Assembly (NCBI RefSeq): GCF_017348835.2
Contig: NZ_CP071375.1
Strand: one strand, 5' to 3'
Source of the DNA: Escherichia coli
GTDB taxonomy: Bacteria > Pseudomonadota > Gammaproteobacteria > Enterobacterales > Enterobacteriaceae
DNA: 64,000 nucleotides
The position numbers and the translations under genes are program-made. Shown in pieces: positions 43,446 to 51,647 of this stretch. Under the pieces are notes generated by a model. That model had not been told where the DNA came from. It saw only the letters and a list, made by a program, of their open reading frames with translations, and made no database searches. Within the stretch, counting starts at the first letter, position 1, and every line of letters starts with the position of its first letter.

Positions 43446-45541
43446 CAATTTTTTACCGAGGTAGAAGCAAGGGCAAGAGGATAAACCGTCGGGCAACCTG
43501 CCTGGCCTAACAGTGCTGTCAGAACTGTCAGCGTCCATGCAGAATCCACGATATCGTCAACCAGCAACGCCGGACCAGGCATCAAAGGAGGGGTAATCAC
43601 AAACGCCCCGTCGAGATTTTGACACTGGTGGAAACGGTTTTGCTGCATTTTCTGCGGTGGATTGTCCACGACTTTTTCAATGGCATCAATAAAAGGTAAG
43701 CCAAGTTTCGCCGCCAGTCGCCGGGCAAAATCAGGAACCAGGTCGAGGTGCTTTAATGAAGGAACGCAGCATACCCAGGTTGGTTCAGGATGCGGATTCC
43801 AGCGTTGGCGAACCATTTCCGCACATGCCTCCACCAGTTCATCACTGAATCGCCCCGTTTTTTTCTCCTGTGCTACCTGCTTTCCCCACCCGGAATCTCC
43901 CCAACGAGAAAGGATTCGCCCCGTAGATCCTTGTAAACTCGCAGGCAAGTTCCCTTTAAATCCGTATTGCGTAAAAGCCCCAGCTGCCACCTGTTTATTG
44001 AGATTTAATGGCAGGTCAGCGTGTTTAATAAATAAGTTTGCCGCATGGAGTAAGCCGCTATCAATGTCGGGCGACAACAACGGATGCTGAAGACAACTGC
44101 TACATTTACCACAATGTTCGGCACCTGGCTCATCGAGTGCGCGGCGCAGAAATTGCATTTTGCACTCCTTGGTCGTGATATAGCTTTCAACGTCTGCCAG
44201 CTCACTTTTTCTCTGATTCATCAAATGGTTAATTCGTTCATGGTCAGGAGAAAAACTGACAATTGTTCTGCGCCATAATTTCTCGGTATACACCACAGGC
44301 GATGGATTTTCAGCTACCAATAATTTCAGTGCTTTTTCTATTTGCCCGTAACGGAGATTCGTCCGTTGTTCAATGCCTCGTAAGGTAAGACCGTCATTCA
44401 CGCTAAGTACGTTGAGTATTTCATGAATTTGCGCCTCCGCAGGAAAGGCGCTTTCACGGAAGAATTTATGAATAGCACGGTCTTCACTGCCGCAAAGCAG
44501 TATGCCAACAGCAGAATCGATACCGCGACCGGCACGCCCCACCTGTTGGTAGTAACCAACTATCGAACCTGGCATCTGGTAATGAATAACAAACCCCAAA
44601 TCCGGTTTGTCAAAGCCCATTCCCAGCGCCGTTGTCGCAACCAGCACTTTAATTTTATTTGCCAGCAACGCCTGCTCCAGATATTCCCTGGCAGTATTAG
44701 AATCTTCCGCGCCTTCACAAGTCACGCCGCTGTAGTAAGCAAATGCACTGATACCATTTTTCCTTAACCACTCGGCGACAAGTTCGGCATCGCGAGTAGT
44801 CAGGGTATAAACAATTCCCGATTTGGAAAACTGAGGGATAACTGTTGCTAACCATGCCAGACGGGATGACTGTTCACCTAAGACTAAGGCATCAAGCGCC
44901 AAACTTTCGCGAGCCAGCGTTCCACGCTGAATCACAATGTCACCCAATTGCTGACGGATATCCTCAACGACACGGTTATTCGCTGTCGCGGTTGTACCCA
45001 GAACAGGGGTATTCGCAGGTAGTTGGCGCAAAATATCTAATATACGTCGGTAATCCGGGCGAAAATCGTGGCCCCAATCAGAGATGCAGTGCGCCTCGTC
45101 GACCACAAGCAAGCCAATACGATCGGCTATAGGATATAAAACCGTTTCGATAAAGTCCTGGTTTGCCAAACGTTCCGGGGAAACCAGCAAGCAATCGACC
45201 TCACCTTGCAGCAACTTATCGCTAATGCGCTGCCATTCTTCTCTGTTTGTAGAATTCAACGTTTCAGCCGTAATACCTAACCGTTCAGCGGCGGCAACCT
45301 GGTTACGCATCAGGGCAAGCAAAGGAGAGATGATAATTGTCGGGCCAGCGCCGCGATCGCGGAAGATTTTACTGGCGATGAAGTACACAGCACTTTTCCC
45401 CCAGCCAGTGCGTTGGACAACCAGCAGTTTTCGCCGTTGGTTCACCACCGCGTCTATGGCTTCCCATTGCCCTTCCCTGAAAGTAGCGGTGGTATTTCCT
45501 AACATCCGCTGTAAAAGCAATTCAGCTGCGTGCTTTTCCAT
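43445..45541 (-). CDS. RecQ-like SF2 DNA helicase fused to a C-terminal ComF/PRTase-like domain; candidate toxin/effector
   Basis: 698 aa; Walker A TGWGKSAV, DEAH box VVDEAHCISDWGHDFRPDY, motif VI QQVGRAGR, Cys cluster CGKCSSC, C-terminal PRTase motif ALLVDDIVDSAWTL; strong SD aggag upstream of ATG. Confidence 0.8.
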   Translation of the reverse strand: MEKHAAELLLQRMLGNTTATFREGQWEAIDAVVNQRRKLLVVQRTGWGKSAVYFIASKIFRDRGAGPTIIISPLLALMRNQVAAAERLGITAETLNSTNREEWQRISDKLLQGEVDCLLVSPERLANQDFIETVLYPIADRIGLLVVDEAHCISDWGHDFRPDYRRILDILRQLPANTPVLGTTATANNRVVEDIRQQLGDIVIQRGTLARESLALDALVLGEQSSRLAWLATVIPQFSKSGIVYTLTTRDAELVAEWLRKNGISAFAYYSGVTCEGAEDSNTAREYLEQALLANKIKVLVATTALGMGFDKPDLGFVIHYQMPGSIVGYYQQVGRAGRGIDSAVGILLCGSEDRAIHKFFRESAFPAEAQIHEILNVLSVNDGLTLRGIEQRTNLRYGQIEKALKLLVAENPSPVVYTEKLWRRTIVSFSPDHERINHLMNQRKSELADVESYITTKECKMQFLRRALDEPGAEHCGKCSSCLQHPLLSPDIDSGLLHAANLFIKHADLPLNLNKQVAAGAFTQYGFKGNLPASLQGSTGRILSRWGDSGWGKQVAQEKKTGRFSDELVEACAEMVRQRWNPHPEPTWVCCVPSLKHLDLVPDFARRLAAKLGLPFIDAIEKVVDNPPQKMQQNRFHQCQNLDGAFVITPPLMPGPALLVDDIVDSAWTLTVLTALLGQAGCPTVYPLALASTSVKN

Positions 45542-45643
45542 CTTTATCTCCTGCGATCTTTAGGCAGTGATTAGAACGGATTATTTGCAGGTAAATTTGC
45601 GAGAGAGATCAAAAAGATGAAGAGAGGAGAAAAGAGAAATGAA

Positions 45644-45667
45644 TTACTGCGAGCAAGCTCGCAGTAA
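45644..45667 (-). terminator. Hairpin downstream of gntU
   Basis: ttactgcgagc-aa-gctcgcagtaa palindrome followed on the minus strand by a T-rich tract. Confidence 0.5.
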
Positions 45668-45680
45668 TTTGTCGCAGTAA

Positions 45681-47021
45681 TTAACTCAACAGCTGGAACG
45701 CAATCATCCCAACGATGGCACCAACAGTGCCGAGGATGGTTTCCATCATGGTCCAGGTTTTCAGCGTTTCGGCTTCGGTCGCGCCGGTAAATTTACCGAA
45801 CAACCAGAAACCGGCGTCGTTAACGTGGCTGACAACAATCGAACCACCGGCGATACAAATCGACAGCGCCGCCATTTGCGCACCGGAATAGTTCAGTTGT
45901 TCAATGACCGGCATCACCAGCCCCACCGCCGTTAAACAGGCAACGGTGGCAGACCCCTGAATGATGCGCACTGCAGCTGCCAGCACGAAGCAGGTGATAG
46001 CAATCGGCAGGCCCATGCCGGTTAACGCTTCGCCCAGTGCCGGACCTACGCCAGAGTCAACCAGCACCTGTTTGAACACGCCGCCCGCACCAATCACCAG
46101 CAGAATGATCCCCGCCGGTTGCAGCGCGTGACCGCAAATCTCCATCACTTTGTCTTTTGGCATGCCCTGACGCATTGCCAGACCGTAAATCGCCACCAGA
46201 CAAGCAACCAGAATCGCGGTAAACGGATGACCAATAAACTCGAACCATTCGTAAGCGGTAGAGCCTTCCGGCACAAAACGCGCGGCAATGGTTTTCAGCC
46301 CCACCAGCACCAGCGGCAGCAGGATCAGCGACAGGCTGAATCCGAAGGACGGCATTTTGCCTTCGCCGAGATGCGGCTCGCTGATGTCGTCAGGAATATG
46401 CAGCTCAACGTAACGGCTGATGAAGTTACCCCACAGCGGCCCGGCAATAATCATTCCCGGAATTGCCGCACACAGGCCAATCAGGATCATCCAGCCAAAA
46501 TCGGCGTTCATCTGCGATGCCAGCAGCATTGGCGCTGGCCCTGGCACCAGGAACGCCGCCGCTGCCGCCACGCCTGCGAATAATGGGATTACCAGCTTCA
46601 CCAGGTTCGTACCGGTGTGGCGCGCCATTGAAAAAGCAACGCTAATCAGCAGAACAATCGCCACTTCAAAGAACAGCGGTAGCGCACAGACCAGCCCCGC
46701 AAGGCCGATGGCATAATGCGCGCGGCTGTGACCGAAGGATTTGAGCATTTTGACGGCAATCTGATCGACTGCGCCGGTTTCATGTAAGATCTTGCCAAAC
46801 ATAGCTCCCAGGGCGACAACCACCGCCAGGAAGCCGAGGGTGCCTCCCATCCCTTTTTCCATCGTCGCTGCGATTTTATCGAGCGGCATACCGGAAAAAA
46901 GGCCAGCCCCCATGGACACCACCATCAAAGCCAGGAAAGCGTGCATACGCGCCTTCATGACTAAAAACAGCAGCAGTAAAACAGACCCTACTGCTGTTAA
47001 AACAAGCGTTAATGTAGTCAC
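45681..47021 (-). CDS. gntU: Low-affinity gluconate transporter
   Basis: 446 aa GntP-family permease, paralogous to gntT. Confidence 0.92.
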   Translation of the reverse strand: MTTLTLVLTAVGSVLLLLFLVMKARMHAFLALMVVSMGAGLFSGMPLDKIAATMEKGMGGTLGFLAVVVALGAMFGKILHETGAVDQIAVKMLKSFGHSRAHYAIGLAGLVCALPLFFEVAIVLLISVAFSMARHTGTNLVKLVIPLFAGVAAAAAFLVPGPAPMLLASQMNADFGWMILIGLCAAIPGMIIAGPLWGNFISRYVELHIPDDISEPHLGEGKMPSFGFSLSLILLPLVLVGLKTIAARFVPEGSTAYEWFEFIGHPFTAILVACLVAIYGLAMRQGMPKDKVMEICGHALQPAGIILLVIGAGGVFKQVLVDSGVGPALGEALTGMGLPIAITCFVLAAAVRIIQGSATVACLTAVGLVMPVIEQLNYSGAQMAALSICIAGGSIVVSHVNDAGFWLFGKFTGATEAETLKTWTMMETILGTVGAIVGMIAFQLLS

Positions 47022-47024
47022 TAC

Positions 47025-47552
47025 TTATTTGCCTTTTTTAATAACCTCAATGGTGCTTGCCACAACACCTTCCAGCGGTTGATCGATATCCACCACCAGT
47101 ACATCGGTTTCGTCCGCACCCGGCTCCTGCAGCGTTTCAAACTGCGTCACCAACATTTGGGTTTTAAAGAAATGGCCTTTGCGCGCTTTCAGGCGGCTTT
47201 CAATCACATCAAAATCGCCTTTCAGGTAGATGAAAGAGAGATTCGGATTACCTTCACGCAGCAAGTCGCGATAGTGTTTTTTCAATGCAGAACAGACGAT
47301 CAGTGACACTTTATTAGTGCGCTGCATAGCAAACGCGGCGTCGTTCAGCGCCTGCAACCACGGTTTGCGATCATCGTCATTCAGCGGTTCGCCAGACGCC
47401 ATTTTTTCGATATTGCGCCGTGGATGGAGGAAATCGCCATCAAGAAACGCGGCATGAAGTTGATGCGCCACTTCACTGGCGACCGCAGATTTGCCGCTGC
47501 CCGATACGCCCATCAAGACGTAAATGTGGTGATCATGGTTAGTCGTGCTCAA
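47025..47552 (-). CDS. gntK: Gluconokinase (thermoresistant)
   Basis: 175 aa if started at the TTG codon giving (M)STTNHDHHIYVLMGVSGSGKSAV; ORF-track frame is longer. Confidence 0.88.
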   Translation of the reverse strand: MSTTNHDHHIYVLMGVSGSGKSAVASEVAHQLHAAFLDGDFLHPRRNIEKMASGEPLNDDDRKPWLQALNDAAFAMQRTNKVSLIVCSALKKHYRDLLREGNPNLSFIYLKGDFDVIESRLKARKGHFFKTQMLVTQFETLQEPGADETDVLVVDIDQPLEGVVASTIEVIKKGK

Positions 47553-47582
47553 AGTGGTGCCCCCACAATACAAGAATTAAAA

Positions 47583-47611
47583 ATGTTACGGGTAACTGTT
47601 ATCGGTAACAT
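47583..47611. promoter_or_regulatory. GntR operator(s) upstream of gntK
   Basis: atgttacgggtaactgttatcggtaacat matches my recollection of the gnt operator consensus. Confidence 0.6.
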
Positions 47612-47690
47612 TGTCCGGCCGGACAATATCAGAAGCAATATCCATCCGTGCCTTAAGTGTATAAGTGTGAGCTACTTCAAATTTGTGGGC

Positions 47691-48686
47691 TTAAATAGAT
47701 CCACCCGGTGACAAGGTGAAACCTAAATCTAACATTTTCGGTGTCACAGATTCGCCACGAATACGCGCCAGCAGGCGTTCAGCGCCAATACTGCCCATCC
47801 GCTCACGCGGCGTCAGCACGCTCGCAAGTCGTGGCTCCATCACCTGACCAATGTCATGACCGTGGAAACCGGCAATCGCCATATCGTCAGGAACTTTTAA
47901 CCCCAGACGCTGACATTCAAACGCCGCACCGACCGCCAGATCATCATTAGTACAGAACACGCCATCCAGCTGCGGATATTCCCGCCGCGCCTGGCGAATC
48001 AGTTCAATACCGGAAGAGTAAGAAGAAGATTGCTCAACCATCACGCTATACGGCACCAGGCCTGCATCCCGCATCGCCTGTTCGTATCCCTTCTGTTTGA
48101 TGATAGTACGTTCGTCGAGACGTGCGCCGAGATAGGCAATATGGCGATGCCCGCGAGCAATAATGGCGGCGGTCATCTGGCGTGCCGCTTCAAAGTTATC
48201 AAAACCGACGGCGATATCGAGACACGGCGACTGGCTGTCCATCAACTCCACCACCGGGATCCCCGCCACTTCAATCATCTTTAAGGTGCGCGGCGTGTGG
48301 GTACGTTCGGTGAGGATCAGTCCGTCGATATTCCATGAGAGCATTGATTCGAGACGTTCTTGCTCCATTTCCGGTTTATAACCGTAGTGGGCCAGCATGG
48401 TCTGATAACCGTGCGCGTCGGTGACGCTTTCGATTCCGCGTAATACTTCCGCAAAAACCTGGTTGGTGAGAGAAGGTAACAGGACGCCAATCGCCCGGCT
48501 GGTGGCGTTAGAGAGGATATCGGGCGCACGATTGGGAATATAGCCCAGTTCATCAAGAGCCGCGGCAATCTTGCCGCGTAGAGCGACGGAAACCTGATCC
48601 GGGTTGCGTAAAAAACGGCTGACCGTCATTTTGGTCACGCCTACACGGTCAGCCACATCCTGAAGTACGGGTCTTTTCTTTTTCAT
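47691..48686 (-). CDS. gntR: Gluconate repressor GntR (LacI family)
   Basis: 331 aa; N-terminal HTH ...VLQDVADRVGVTKMTVSRFLRN... Confidence 0.92.
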   Translation of the reverse strand: MKKKRPVLQDVADRVGVTKMTVSRFLRNPDQVSVALRGKIAAALDELGYIPNRAPDILSNATSRAIGVLLPSLTNQVFAEVLRGIESVTDAHGYQTMLAHYGYKPEMEQERLESMLSWNIDGLILTERTHTPRTLKMIEVAGIPVVELMDSQSPCLDIAVGFDNFEAARQMTAAIIARGHRHIAYLGARLDERTIIKQKGYEQAMRDAGLVPYSVMVEQSSSYSSGIELIRQARREYPQLDGVFCTNDDLAVGAAFECQRLGLKVPDDMAIAGFHGHDIGQVMEPRLASVLTPRERMGSIGAERLLARIRGESVTPKMLDLGFTLSPGGSI

Positions 48687-48909
48687 CGTCCTGAAGGTAC
48701 AAAAGAGATAGATTCTCTTAGTTTAACACGGACGCATCAGAACCTTCCCGGGGAAAACAGTGCTTGTTTACAATTATTAGATATACACTAAATCAATTGC
48801 ATCGCATTGTGCTAACGACGCGGCAAAACCCCGGAAGCGTACATCAGCACGCGACCAGAGCGAGCGAGGAAGCCTGCAAAAAGGCAGGCTTCAAAGATGC
48901 TGTTGAGTT

Positions 48910-49605
48910 TTAAACCGGCGGCAGATCGAACAGTAACACTTCGCTGTCGCTATCCGCATGGATGGAGATTGCCTGCTCATCCCAGATTGCCAGACCATCG
49001 CTGGTCGAGGCTTTCGCGCCGTTAATGGTGACATTGCCTTTCACCACCTGGATCCAGACGCGGCGTTCAGCGGCAATCTGATGCACCGACTGCTCATCTT
49101 TCAGCAACGCCCAGCGGTACAGTTCCATATCCTGATGCACTTTCAATGAACCATCTCGCGCATCTGGCGAAAGCACCAGTTGTTTGCCCTGCACGGCATC
49201 GAAGCGACGCTGTTCATAACGCGGCGTAATACCGTTTTCTTCAGGCATGATCCAGATCTGATACAGATGCAGACGCTCGGTGCTGCTTGGGTTGTACTCT
49301 GAGTGACGAATACCCGTACCCGCACTCATAATCTGGAACTCGCCCGCCGGAACCTGCTCTTTATTGCCCATGCTGTCCTGGTGCTCAACAGTACCTTCCA
49401 GCACGTAGGTCAAAATTTCCATATCTTTATGCGGGTGAGTGCCGAAGCCCTGCCCTGCTTCAATCACGTCGTCGTTAATCACGCGCAGCGCGGAGAAGCC
49501 CATAAAGTTCGGATCGTAATAGTTGGCAAAAGAGAAAGTATGCCAGGAGTCCAGCCAGCCATGATTTGCATGACCACGTTCATTTGCTTTGCGTAAGTAG
49601 ATCAT
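48910..49605 (-). CDS. yhhW: Pirin-like quercetin 2,3-dioxygenase YhhW
   Basis: 231 aa; cupin His motifs. Confidence 0.88.
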   Translation of the reverse strand: MIYLRKANERGHANHGWLDSWHTFSFANYYDPNFMGFSALRVINDDVIEAGQGFGTHPHKDMEILTYVLEGTVEHQDSMGNKEQVPAGEFQIMSAGTGIRHSEYNPSSTERLHLYQIWIMPEENGITPRYEQRRFDAVQGKQLVLSPDARDGSLKVHQDMELYRWALLKDEQSVHQIAAERRVWIQVVKGNVTINGAKASTSDGLAIWDEQAISIHADSDSEVLLFDLPPV

Positions 49606-49727
49606 TTGTATTCGCCCCCTGAATGATTTCGATGGGCTTAGTGTGGACCCGATCTGCCTGGGATGATAGAGGGTGAAAATTGACCCCTCTGTTCAAAAAA
49701 ATTGAACTATTTAAGGGGCCATCAAAC

Positions 49728-50765
49728 TTACTTCGCGAGAGTCACGGTGGAGGGAGAGGCTTGCTCAAATCCGCGTTCAAGGATTTCCAGATTGGTAAGA
49801 ACTTCAGATTCCTTGACGTAATTTGGCGCACCGTGGGTGATGGTTTGATACAACGCATCATAAACGCACCCGTAATCGCCCATCTCCGGCTTCATCTCTT
49901 CTCTGACCGTCACGCCCTCGTCATTGACATACTCCAGCACACCGACCGAATCATCCGCTGCGAATCCCGGTTCGCCCGGCATAATATTAGCCTTCAGGCT
50001 GGTTTCCTGCTGGTCGATACCGTATTTAATAAACGAACCTTTCTTACCGTGAACGATAAATTTCGGATAATCGATTTTCACCAGATGGCTGGTTTTGACG
50101 ATGGCTTTCAGGTCACCATAAAACAACTGCGCTTCGAAGGTGTCGTCAGGATTGGCTTTATCACGCAGGCTGCGGATGTCATAAGCGACGTGATCCGGGC
50201 GACCGAACAGAGAAATAATCTGGTCCATCGTATGCACACCAAGGCCATAGAATGCGCCATCCTGCGGCAACCCAGGTTTGGTTTCTGCGACCGGGCGGTA
50301 ATAGTCAAAATGGCTTTCCACTTCAACAATCTCTCCCAGCTTGCCGCTTTCAATCGCTTTTTTCGCCGTCAGGAAGCAGGAATCAAAGCGACGATTCTGA
50401 TACGGCGTGACGGTCAGCCCTTTGCTTTTCGCCAACGCAAACAGCTCCTTCGCCTGGGCAAGCGTCGGGGTGAACGGTTTTTCGACCAGCACATTTTTCC
50501 CGGCTTCCAGCGCGCGTTTCGCGTACTCGAAATGGCTGTCCGCGTGGGTGCAGACAACAACCAGCTTAACATCGGGATCGTTTAGTACTTCGTCGAGATC
50601 GCTGGTGAAATGGATATGGGAATAAATGGGAGCCTGTTCTTCCGGCTTCGCATGGCGACGAAAAATATGCGCGACATGCCAGCTATCCTTGCGGTTAAGT
50701 ACATACGGCAGATGGTAACGGGTGGTGCTTTTGCCGAAGCCAATAAAGGCGCAGTTGATGACCAT
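49728..50765 (-). CDS. yhhX: Gfo/Idh/MocA-family NAD(P)-dependent oxidoreductase YhhX
   Basis: 345 aa; N-terminal Rossmann fold. Confidence 0.88.
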   Translation of the reverse strand: MVINCAFIGFGKSTTRYHLPYVLNRKDSWHVAHIFRRHAKPEEQAPIYSHIHFTSDLDEVLNDPDVKLVVVCTHADSHFEYAKRALEAGKNVLVEKPFTPTLAQAKELFALAKSKGLTVTPYQNRRFDSCFLTAKKAIESGKLGEIVEVESHFDYYRPVAETKPGLPQDGAFYGLGVHTMDQIISLFGRPDHVAYDIRSLRDKANPDDTFEAQLFYGDLKAIVKTSHLVKIDYPKFIVHGKKGSFIKYGIDQQETSLKANIMPGEPGFAADDSVGVLEYVNDEGVTVREEMKPEMGDYGCVYDALYQTITHGAPNYVKESEVLTNLEILERGFEQASPSTVTLAK

Positions 50766-50881
50766 GATTTCGTCCTTTTTAAGGTGGTTATTTACACCTT
50801 AGCGCAAAGCGGACGTGGTTCCTACTGGAGTGCGCATAACGAACACAAGCACTCCCGTGGATAAATTGAGAACGAAAGATC

Positions 50882-50976
50882 AAAAAAAAAGCCAGCACCC
50901 GGCTGGCTAAGTAATACTGGAAGCAATGTGAGCAATGTCGTGCTTTCAGGTTCTCCGCGAGGGTCTTCCTGATCGC
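50882..50976 (-). ncRNA. ryhB: Fur-repressed small RNA RyhB
   Basis: Minus strand reads GCGATCAGGAAGACCCTCGCGGAGAACCTGAAAGCACGACATTGCTCACATTGCTTCCAGTATTACTTAGCCAGCCGGGTGCTGGCTTTTTTTTT, matching RyhB including the terminator hairpin and U-run. Confidence 0.9.
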
Positions 50977-50978
50977 GA

Positions 50979-51012
50979 GACAATAATAATCATTCTCATT
51001 CGCACTTGTCCA
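50979..51012 (-). promoter_or_regulatory. ryhB promoter with overlapping Fur box
   Basis: Minus strand ttggacaagtgcgaatgagaatgattattattgtctc just upstream of the RyhB +1; Fur-box-like gaatgagaatgattattatt. Confidence 0.6.
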
Positions 51013-51098
51013 ACACTTTTTGCAAAAAAATGCATTTGACTCGTATTTGAAAGTCAATGATGTTGAAAGGGACATTTACCCCAAATGAGGACAAAGGA

Positions 51099-51587
51099 AT
51101 GAGTGAGATAGTGATACGCCATGCTGAAACGCGCGATTACGAGGCCATCAGGCAGATTCACGCCCAGCCGGAGGTGTATTGCAACACGCTACAAGTGCCT
51201 CATCCTTCCGATTATATGTGGCAGGAGCGACTCGCCGATCGTCCCGGCATCAAGCAACTCGTCGCCTGTATTGATGGAGACGTCGTGGGCCATCTCACCA
51301 TTGACGTGCAACAGCGCCCACGCCGCAGTCATGTTGCCGATTTTGGTATCTGTGTCGACTCCCGTTGGAAGAATCGCGGCGTCGCCAGCGCCTTTATGCG
51401 AGAGATGATTGAAATGTGCGACAACTGGTTGCGGGTAGATCGTATCGAGCTAACGGTGTTCGTCGATAACGCGCCAGCAATTAAGGTCTATAAAAAATAC
51501 GGCTTTGAAATTGAAGGGACTGGTAAGAAGTACGCATTGCGTAATGGTGAATATGTTGATGCGTATTATATGGCGCGGGTGAAATAA
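51099..51587 (+). CDS. yhhY: GNAT family N-acetyltransferase YhhY
   Basis: Trimmed to MSEIVIRHAETRDYEAI...; 162 aa. Confidence 0.88.
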   Translation: MSEIVIRHAETRDYEAIRQIHAQPEVYCNTLQVPHPSDYMWQERLADRPGIKQLVACIDGDVVGHLTIDVQQRPRRSHVADFGICVDSRWKNRGVASAFMREMIEMCDNWLRVDRIELTVFVDNAPAIKVYKKYGFEIEGTGKKYALRNGEYVDAYYMARVK

Positions 51588-51647
51588 AGAATTTGCAATC
51601 TAAGTTTGCCATTTAAGCCCTCACCTACCGGGAGAGGGCTTAAGATA

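Noticed and set aside
50788-51075. 95-aa minus-strand ORF between yhhX and yhhY
   Set aside because: It overlaps the RyhB small RNA, its promoter and its Fur box; the sRNA assignment explains the sequence.
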